From positions 47,690,252 through 47,754,251 of the forward strand of contig JARFYF010000002.1 of NCBI GenBank assembly GCA_030265395.1: a DNA stretch of 64,000 nt. Reading direction: 5' to 3'. Both the position numbers and the translations under genes were made by a program. Below, piece after piece: positions 54,713 through 64,000 of this stretch. Source of the stretch: Rhina ancylostomus (lineage: Eukaryota). Position 1 is the first letter of the stretch; each line of letters starts with the position of its first letter. The notes beneath the pieces are model-generated. The model saw only the letters and a list, made by a program, of their open reading frames with translations, had not been told where the DNA came from and made no database searches.

Positions 54713-57700
54713 TGACACAAGAAAGACCATTCACATGAAACAACACTGATAATGCTGCTCTCATTCATGCCCAGTTTCAAGCTAACACTTAGTTTAAGGA
54801 TGCCAGCTCCTTTCAGTACATCAGCAATCCACGTCATGAATTATCCATTTCTGATGTGGGCTTTGCTATCCCCACAGACTTTCCAACCAAGTTGCAAACC
54901 ATGCCAAAACTTCTGTGCTATCCCTTCAGCCAATAATGGCATTCACAGTATCAATGGGGGAATCATAACCATTCACAAGCAACTCAGTGTGGATCCCACC
55001 AATATCAAAATAACATCAAGAAACTAATAACCATAAGAAGGTGAGTCAGTCTGGATCACAGCTCATGGGTAAAATGTAATTGGACACAACAGAGTTAGAA
55101 ATGAAAATTCAAGCAATACTTCATTATGAGTTTTGAGGCCATAATCAAAAAGGGTGCCTGAACTGATCAAGTGATTTCCAGGCCAAATAGATCATTTGCA
55201 AACTTCAATCCAGGTGCAAATATGAAATGTTATCAAAGGAACATGTTAATTAATGCAGAATTAACTGTGATACTTGGAAAAGTACAGCAACAGACCATGA
55301 TCTCACCATCTCCATCATACACAGCAACTGATTTAACCACCTTTTCTGTCTTCCATACAGAATACATGGCTGTATATGTCCACCAAAGAAGAGGATTGCA
55401 AACGCTAATTAACAGCAATAAAGTCCTGCAGAATTATTTATAATACTTGGAAAATGACAGCGACAGACAGATCCTGTAAGTTCATAATTCAAACTAATAT
55501 TTGCTGTACCTGCATTGTGCCACGAAGAAAACAGAACTTTAAGTTTAGCATTTTGAAGTACTATTCTCTCATAAATAACATTCACCTGCCCCATGCATAA
55601 CAAAGCTCACATGGCTTCATCTAATTGTCCGCTTAGCAAATACTCAATATAGTAGTGAGACATGGAAAAGATAGAAATCTTGCTTCGCAATACTGTAGAG
55701 AGCAGTAATACTTTGCATCTTGACAATAATTCCCCAAAGTTAAATAATAATGTAACCAGTTGGTAGAAAGGAACTTTCAATGATGACTGTGGAATACTAT
55801 TAAAACCATCAGTCATATCTTAATGGAATAGATGTACATGCACAGACTTGTATAATGTGTACAAATATCTCCCAGAGATGTGCATATTCAATTGCTAGAT
55901 TAAATATCTTAAAACCTATTTTGGATAAGAAGTCAAAGATGAGCTGACAAAAATTATTTCCTTCCATAAATGCATGATAACTAGAATAAACTTGATTCAT
56001 TCATCAACAGCAGAACGCTATATTTTGTAGAGTCTAGAGCATTTAATCTTACTGACACCTCCAGTCCCATTTGGTGAAAGAATGAAAGAAGGGAATGATC
56101 TTCACAAAGGAACCGCAAACCTTGACAGAGACTGTAGCAAATTCAGCACTGCAGAATCTTATCGCTCATTCAAAACAAGCACAACTTTGAAGGACAGAAC
56201 TTAATAGAAAATTCTGCCCATACACACAAAATACTAGTTTGACAGACAAAAATCACACACATGCAGCAGGTGGAAACTGATAGCAATTATTTATCCTACA
56301 ATTTGGAAGTACTGTTGTTGATAGCAGGATAAGCCTGAACAACATCTTCTAACTGAAATCAGTTCAAACTGTGATCTATATTGCGAGGGTTGTTTTCTTG
56401 ATACATTCTATTAAGCTTCTATTTGAACCAGGAAAAGTTGGTCTTAAAATATGAATTTAATCAGTAGATAAAACATGGAAAAATTAAACTGACCCTTCTC
56501 AACAAAAAAACATACAAATTTAATGAGTCATTACTTCCCACTGCAGTACATCCAGTAAAGTCTGCTGTTTATCAGACTTGCCCTTTTACACTTAAGTCTT
56601 TAAATTTTGTGCCTGGCAAGTTATTGGAAGTGTGAGGTGATGACATTGTGGGGAATAAATAGGCATCTGGAGTTTGAGTGGATAGGGGAGATGATAACTG
56701 ATATCCTTAACGAGTCAGATTGGAGGAGTGTGAAATTATTAGTGCAAGATTGAGAGGCAATTGAAATTTAGGCAATGGAAAAGTGTTGATAAACCATGTT
56801 AAATGGTTCAGAAAGAGAAATAATTGAAAGATTAGATTAAAAAAGGGAGATTAGCCTTACACTTTCAACAGTTTGAACATTTTAAACCATAAGGGTTGAA
56901 ACACAAACACAATAATGGTTATCATGTCAACTAATGGCTAAGATTGAAATAAGTAAGATTTAACATCCTGAATGGTTAGTTTGTAATTATAGTGCTGAAC
57001 AGGGTTACTTCATGCAGCTCAGAGTTAAGGCAGGAGGCAGAAGGCAGAAAGCACTTTCTTAAAGCTAATGGGAAAGCAGCATATGGCAAATAATGTTAGT
57101 GGTGCAGAAGTGGTTCAGAGACTAGTATCTCATGGCTAGCGACTCATCTTCTGACACCCATGCTTTTCTATTTTAAACTACGTATTACAGGCTAATATTT
57201 CACTCCATCTCTGAATTTTTCTTACTCTCCTAAAAAATTGTCAGTGTTAGCACTTTTAGGTGCAAAATTTCCAAATAATAAACCTTTTTGATGACAATCC
57301 AAACTGCTATACAAATAAAACTAAGTTTCCAATGCATTTATTATGTGAACAATCACAAGGGAAGGATATTGCTCTTCTAGCTCAATGTAAAAGACTGATT
57401 TCTTAATAAAATTATCCATCACATTCTAAGGTATTAAGAAAGATCCAGAATCAACCATGTAAAACAGCATTCAACTCTCAAACTTCTCCTTCCATACATC
57501 TACTCAATCTCAAGCTAATATTATCTACTTCAATTTTTTCCTGCACCCTCAAAATAGCAAGTTAACTTAAGTCTTGCTTCAGCAGCCAAATAATACAATA
57601 AGATCCAATAGTCCATAGGATAAATTGTTTGCCAAAACACTGCAAAATAAACTCCATTAGACTCAAATTTTAAATCCATTATAGTGCTTTATTATGGATG

Positions 57701-58269
57701 AGTTCAATACAGAGACCACAAGAGTGTTTTATTACTTCCTGCTTCAGTTCAATACGTCAGTTCTACATTTACATTTCTATCTGATGTCGATTACAAATGC
57801 CACTGCAATGTCCATGGCTCCATTATTTATTGCATCAAGATACAAATGAAACAACAAACAAAACTACTGCCAGGCAAAGAAAACTTGTCAATTTATCTGA
57901 TTGACACAAGACACTGACTTATCAAGGCACTTACAATAAAATCCAATGCATCATCTGTCAAGTTTTAATAGCTTGAAAGTTGAGAATGCAGGAAGTACAA
58001 ATGATATACGTGTACTGAATATAAAGGGTCTTCATCTGTAAACCAAATTTTTAAAACACTACTGGAATTTAGTTGGAAATTTCTGATTGATCAAATGTTA
58101 AAAATCTATTTCTCAAATCAATTTTGATCAAAATATGCACAAAGGCACATGGAAATGCACATTGAACATTAAATAAATTACTTAAAAAGTTAATAATGTT
58201 GACCTAAAGCAGGTAGAAAATGTGACCAGATAATCTGAAGGTAAATCCTGGAGACTGCAGTTTCACATG

Positions 58270-59418
58270 TTAATGTGCTCATGTGCAGGTGTGGAAAGGT
58301 ACTTGCTGTGGTTTGGCAAACTGACCTCAATTCTCAGCTTCACTCCTGCTCTGACTTCTCTTTCAGAGAAACAAAGGACTGCAGATGCTGGAAACACAGT
58401 GATGCTGGAGGAACTCAGCAGGCCAGGCAGCATCCGTGGAGAAAAGCANNNNNNNNNNNNNNNNNNNNNNNNNNNNNNNNNNNNNNNNNNNNNNNNNNNN
58501 NNNNNNNNNNNNNNNNNNNNNNNNNNNNNNNNNNNNNNNNNNNNNNNNNNNNNNNNNNNNNNNNNNNNNNNNNNNNNNNNNNNNNNNNNNNNNNNNNNNN
58601 NNNNNNNNNNNNNNNNNNNNNNNNNNNNNNNNNNNNNNNNNNNNNNNNNNNNNNNNNNNNNNNNNNNNNNNNNNNNNNNNNNNNNNNNNNNNNNNNNNNN
58701 NNNNNNNNNNNNNNNNNNNNNNNNNNNNNNNNNNNNNNNNNNNNNNNNNNNNNNNNNNNNNNNNNNNNNNNNNNNNNNNNNNNNNNNNNNNNNNNNNNNN
58801 NNNNNNNNNNNNNNNNNNNNNNNNNNNNNNNNNNNNNNNNNNNNNNNNNNNNNNNNNNNNNNNNNNNNNNNNNNNNNNNNNNNNNNNNNNNNNNNNNNNT
58901 ACAGACAGAGAGCACAGATGTTCTGCGAAATGGTCACGTAGTCTGTGTTCGGTCTCACCAATGTAGAGGAGGCCTTCTCTTTCCTTGGTCTCCTACATTG
59001 CCCAAATAATGCCCTTTTCTAAGCTAAAAGAACAACACTTCTTCTAGATGCACAAGTTGTAACCTCTAATATTAAACTTAACAGTTCTGGGTAACCACTC
59101 TGCATCCGTTTCTCACTTTTGCCACAGACGCTTCTGTTTCACAGACACCTGTTTCAATTTGTTTTTCTTCTGACGCAACTGCTTGTTTTTAAAGTAATTG
59201 CTATCTTTGTCTGCATTATATCATGGATGTTCTCTGTTCTCCCCACCCTATCCCTGTCATCCACTTAACACATTTATTTCTAACGTCTCCAGTGCTGTTG
59301 ATGAAACATCTCTGTTTCTCCTCTTCGCCGTCCCAGCACACGAACATTTGTTTGACATTCTGAGTTCTTACAGCATTTTCTTGTTTGTTTTCACATTTTC
59401 AGAACCTGCAGTTTTGCT
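58270..59418 (+). mobile_element. Older Penelope 3' end interrupted by the younger copy
   Basis: Removing the insert and one TSD copy restores LNSQLHSCSDFSFLGLLHC, with KLKEQH shortly after, the C-terminal part of the endonuclease. Decayed pLTR arm at about 59290-59418. Confidence 0.65.
58365..58974 (-). mobile_element. Younger 5'-truncated Penelope element (GIY-YIG endonuclease fragment plus pLTR), mostly in a gap
   Basis: Minus strand from 58974 translates GLLYIGETEHRLRDHFAEHLCSL (YIG motif); pLTR arm at 58365-58448; 10-bp TSD CTTCTCTTTC (58355-58364, 58974-58983). Confidence 0.85.
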
Positions 59419-59467
59419 TCAATCGATCAATACTTAATATATCAGGGGCTAAAAATTTATGAAAATC

Positions 59468-61415
59468 AAAACAAACCTGCAGATACTGGAAATCTGAAAC
59501 AAAAGCAGCAACTGCTGGAAACTATCAGCAGGATCTTTGGAAAGAGAAACTGAGTTAATATTTCAGATTGAAGACCTCATTGAAACAAAGGAGAGAAAAT
59601 TTGATTCTCACCTTCCAGCCACCAGCTTTCACATTCAACAGATTATCCTTTGGAATTTCCATTACCAGACACATTCTNNNNNNNNNNNNNNNNNNNNNNN
59701 NNNNNNNNNNNNNNNNNNNNNNNNNNNNNNNNNNNNNNNNNNNNNNNNNNNNNNNNNNNNNNNNNNNNNNNNNNNNNNNNNNNNNNNNNNNNNNNNNNNN
59801 NNNNNNCTTTTATCACATCCCTTCCAGGGACCCAAACATTACTTCAAGGTGAAGCAATGATTCAGTTGCACTTCTTTGAATTTAGTGTACTGCATTTGGT
59901 GCTCACAATGTGGTCTCCTCTACACTGCAGAAAATAAACCCAGACTGGCTGACTGCTTTGTGGAGCAGCTGCACTGAGTTCACAGGTTAGCCCTGAACTT
60001 CCAGTCATTCTCCATCACACTCTGATCTGCCCATGGTCTCCTGCACTGCTGTAGCAAGGCCTAACATGAGCTTGAGAAACAGCGCCTCATCCTCAGTTTG
60101 AGCACCTTGCAGCCTTTGTCTCTCAAAATTCAGAATCAGGTTTATTATCACTGACATATGTCATGAAATTTGTTGTTTTGCAGCAGCAGGACAGTGCAAG
60201 ACATTCAGACATTTAGATCATGTTTTCACAAATGCTCACAAATCCTATCCCTGAAAATCCTCTCCAATAGCTCCCCTAACACCGACCTCAGACTCACCTG
60301 TCTATAATTTTCAGGATTATCCCTATTTCCCTTTGTGATCAAAGGAACAACGTTAGCTAGTCACCAGTCCTCCCGGACCTCACTTGGGGATAGAGAGGAC
60401 ATAAAGATCTTGGTCAAGGCCCCAGCAATCTCATCTTTTGCCTCTCTCAATAACTTGGGGTATTTCTCATCAGGTCCCAGGGACATCCACCTCAACGTTC
60501 TTCAAGAGGCCCAACACCACCTATGTCTCAAAATGTCCTAGTACATTAGCATGCTCCACAGTGCTCTCACTATACTCCACATCTTTCTCCTGAATACAAA
60601 CTCCAAGTACTAATTTAGGTCCTCATCCAAACGCATGTTCCCTCCTTTATCCTTAAGCGGTCCTACCAGAATCAGAATCAGGTTTATTATCACTGACATA
60701 TATCATCAAATTTGTTGTTGTGCGGCAGAAGTGCAGTGCAAGACATAAAGACATAAAAATTGCTATAAGTTACAAAACTAAATAGTGCAACAGAGGAATA
60801 ACAAGGTAGTGTTCATGGTTGATGGCAGAGGGGAAGAAGCTGTTCCTGAAATGTTGAATGTGGGTCTTCAGACACCTGTACCTCCTGTCCTTAATGGTGG
60901 ATGCCACCTTCCTGAGGCACTGTCTCTTGAAGATGTCCTCAATGACAGGAAGGGTCGTGCCCGTGATGGAGCTGGCTGAGTCTGCAACCCTCTGCAGAAA
61001 TAGACTCCAACTCTTTCTGCTGTAGATTAATAACTTGAAGTATTAACTCAGGTGTCTTCTCTGTCTCTCTTTGCTGTCACTGCCAGCATGTTGCTTATGA
61101 TTTCAGGTTTCAACAACAGCTCCATCCTGCATTTCACAGTTTTGTTTTCTGTGTCCCTAACTGCTCTCATTAATCCATTAACTAGATGCTTCTGTCAACA
61201 ATAGAATAACCCAGGCCTAACCCCTTCAGAGATGCTTCTTTTCATCCATCTTTCTCCGCTACTCTGCAACTTAAAACCAACTTGTTATTCTCACTTTCCC
61301 AGTTCCAACAAAGGGTCTTCAATGTGAGATGTTAACTGTTTCACTTTCCACAGATGCTATCTGACTTGGTGATTTTCTATTACCAGTACGATCCAGCATT
61401 TTCTATGTTTATATT
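59468..61415 (+). mobile_element. Penelope element: inverted pLTR arm, truncated GIY-YIG ORF, 3' pLTR; interrupted by Rex1 and CR1 fragments
   Basis: Left arm 59470-59585. FQGPKHYFKVKQ*FSCTSLNLVYCIWCSQCGLLYTAENKPRLADCFVEQL at about 59822-59975 (zinc-knuckle/GIY-YIG region). 3' arm with decayed hammerhead cagttccaacaaagggtcttcaatgtgagatgttaactg at about 61300-61338. Confidence 0.8.
60125..60996 (-). mobile_element. Nest of two Rex1-type 3' ends (about 60128-60205 and 60668-60996) around a CR1 RT fragment (about 60225-60665)
   Basis: agaatcaggtttattatcactgacata occurs twice (reverse (TTCTGA)n tail). The intervening minus strand encodes a KGNRDNPENYRQVSLRSVLGELLERIFRDRI CR1 motif. Confidence 0.75.
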
Positions 61416-61849
61416 CAACTAAGACAGAGCCCAACAACCTTAAACTTATGTTTTTCAAAATGCAGACAGTAGATGCAGATGACAGTCAACTTATTGATCT
61501 CCACCAATTCCCACTTGTTCCAACTACAACATATCACTGTCATCTCCATCAAAACATTATTTTTTATCTTCAACTTGTTAAGCCTTCTATTTGCTTGATA
61601 TCAGGTTTGGGTTTTAATTGACTTACCTATTTAAACTTAAACTGTTCAACAACTTTTATCTACCTTTCACTATTTTAAAAGCTCTAAGCCCTTGGCAAAG
61701 TTAAAAATAATTTTCCTGTCTGAAAATACTAAGCACTTAAGACACAGATTACCTCCTTCATTGATTTCCTTTGCTCACCAAAGTCCCAAATTTTGCACTC
61801 TAGTCAAGCTGAACTCAGCAACTGTTCTTACATATACTACATATATCAT

Positions 61850-63255
61850 GAATGGCAATGGGACTAACAGTAGACAAGTCACCAGGTTCTGATGGCCTGT
61901 ACCTGAGCTTTTTAAAAGAGGCTACAGAAATAGTGGATCTACTGGCTGAAGTTTTTCAAAACATACCACGTTCCAGGCAGGTACAGGCAGATTGGAAAAC
62001 TTCAGATGACACCCCATTGTTCAAGAAGGGAAGATGACAGGATGTGAGCAACTATAGGCCATAATATCTGTCAATGGCAAGATGCAAGAGTTTAGGAAGA
62101 AATAAATAGTCATTTTGAGAAGCTGAATGTAACGAAACCACAACAAAGTGGTTTTATGAACAATAAATCATGTTTGACAAATGTGCAAGAGTTCTTTGAG
62201 GCTGTAAAAGCAGTATTGATCCAGGGGAATCTGTACTTGTTGTACATTTAGATTTCCAGAAGGTATTTAACAAAGTGCCACATAAGAGGCTGATGCACAA
62301 GAAAACAGCTCATGGCATTAGAGGAAGTGTGCGAGCATGGATTTAAGAATGTCAGAATAAACAGGCCTTTTTCAGGCTGCAAAGATGAACTCATGGCTAA
62401 TTATTTATGATTTATACTGATGATCTGGAGGAAGGGGCAGAGTGCAAGTTATCTAAGTATGTCAATGACGTGAAAATAGGAGGGAGGGCATGTTGCAATG
62501 ATGACATTATGACTCTGCGACAGGATCAAGTTAGGTTGAGTGAGTAGGTAAAAACTTGCCAAATAGAATTTAGTGTGGGAAAGTGCAAGGTCTTATACTT
62601 CTGTAAAAGACTGCAGGTGAGTAAAGTACAGAGGAATCTAGATATATCACAAAAGGATCACAGGCAGGTGCAGCCAGGTGGTTGAGAAAGCAAATGACAT
62701 ATGGGCCTTAACTGTAAGAGTTGGTTTAGAAATAGAGAACTATTGTTACAATTCCACACGATACTGTTGAGGCCACACCTGGAGTATCAGTCCCCTTATT
62801 TAGTAAAGGGGAAACTGGCATTGGAGGCAATCCAAGAGGGACTCACTCGGCTAATTCCTACAATGAGAGGTTTGTCATATCATGAGTGCTAAAGAAAGTA
62901 GAGGAGTTTAGAAGAATGAGGGGTGATCTTATTGAAAAATTGCACAACAGAACAGATGTTTCCACTATTGTGAAACTTTCAAATGAAGTGACACAGTTAC
63001 AAGACTAGGGGGCAGTCAGTTAAAGTTGTGGTGCACTGGAAATTTTTCTCACAGAGGGTGATGAATCTCTGGAGCTCTCTACTCCAGAAGGTTGTGGAGG
63101 CTAGATCACTGCAGGATTTAAAAGATAAATTGTTGAAAGATCAATGAGCAGAGGCTTATGGGGAATTGGCACAGAAGATATGAGATATGGGGTATAACAG
63201 CCTTATAATATTGAAGGGCAGGGCAGGATTGCTCCTGCTCCTACTTTGTTAAATT
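61850..63255 (+). mobile_element. Decayed CR1 LINE (RT to 3' end)
   Basis: DKSPGSDGLY, DWKTSDDTPLFKKG, LDFQKVFNKVPH, LLRPHLEY. Confidence 0.88.
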
Positions 63256-63280
63256 CTTATATGCAAGACTTTCTTTCTAT

Positions 63281-63750
63281 GGAGCAAAAAACAAACTGCT
63301 GGAGGAACTCAGTGGTTCAGGGAGCAACAGTGGAGGGAAATGGACAGCCAACATTTCACTTCAAGACCCTTCACCTGGACCGAAAGACAGAGGGGACATA
63401 GCCAGTATCAAGGGGTGAAGGGAAGGGGTGGAGCACGAGTTGGCACGTGAAAGGTGGATCCAGGTGACGAGGGGTGCCAGGCAGATGGAGGAGGGANNNN
63501 NNNNNNNNNNNNNNNNNNNNNNNNNNNNNNNNNNNNNNNNNNNNNNNNNNNNNNNNNNNNNNNNNNNNNNNNNNNNNNNNNNNNNNNNNNNNNNNNGGGT
63601 GGAGCAAGAGTTGGCAAGTGAAAGGTGGATCCAGGTGAAGAGGGGTGACAGGCAGATGGAGGAGGGAAGAGTAGAAATAACGACTGAGGCTGGGAGGTGA
63701 AAGGCGGAGGCAACAAAGGGCGGCATATGATGGAATCTGATAGGAAAGGA
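63281..63750 (-). mobile_element. Penelope 3' UTR/pLTR
   Basis: Family arm aaactgctggaggaactcag..., then purine-rich 3' UTR; minus strand CAGGTGA-AGGGTCTTGAAGT-GAAA-TGTT is a decayed hammerhead. Confidence 0.7.
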
Positions 63751-64000
63751 AGGTGGGTGTTAGATCAAGTGAAGTTTTCAGAACTGATATCGACAAATGT
63801 TTGTTAGGTAAGGATTTCAATGGCTGTGGCTAAAAGGCAGATAAATGGATTTGAAGAAAAGATCAGCCTAATTTGTACTACAGAGAAAAGCAGATGCTTC
63901 AATCAATTGTACAGTGGAATGGGCTGATGGCTGTAAGTGGTTTCCTTTTCACTGTTTCTAGTGTCTACCAATTTCACCTTAATAAAATTTAAAAGGGAAA

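Noticed and set aside
63428-63668. Near-duplicate purine-rich unit either side of a gap
   Set aside because: Could be haplotype overlap or an internal Penelope UTR repeat; unresolved because of the gap.
39255-64000. Neighbouring PTPRK exons (Ig domain upstream; second FN3 downstream in 1-38960)
   Set aside because: No matching peptide recognised by eye. They probably lie outside the window or in gaps; tBLASTn would be decisive.

Overview
AT-rich, CpG-poor vertebrate genomic DNA from a gapped draft assembly. The repeat families (V-SINEs, CR1, Rex1/Babar, RTE and Penelope retroelements) point to a cartilaginous fish, probably a ray; this is an inference. The window appears to be almost entirely intronic to a minus-strand receptor tyrosine phosphatase gene, PTPRK. 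Only one exon was found: 294 bp at 38961-39254, encoding the first fibronectin type III domain. The rest is decayed retroelements and unique non-coding DNA. Two things stand out. (1) A family of short palindromic Penelope-derived insertions, some with target-site duplications, carries minimal type I hammerhead ribozyme motifs head-to-head. One copy (6367-6402) has an intact catalytic core, and GIY-YIG Penelope parent copies cluster at 58.2-63.8 kb. (2) An isolated, intact, CpG-rich 137-bp exon of an SSX2IP/ADIP-like gene (40896-41032, + strand) lies antisense inside the PTPRK intron, just downstream of a CR1 3' end. All family and gene assignments are from recalled sequence motifs, not database searches; repeat boundaries are approximate.
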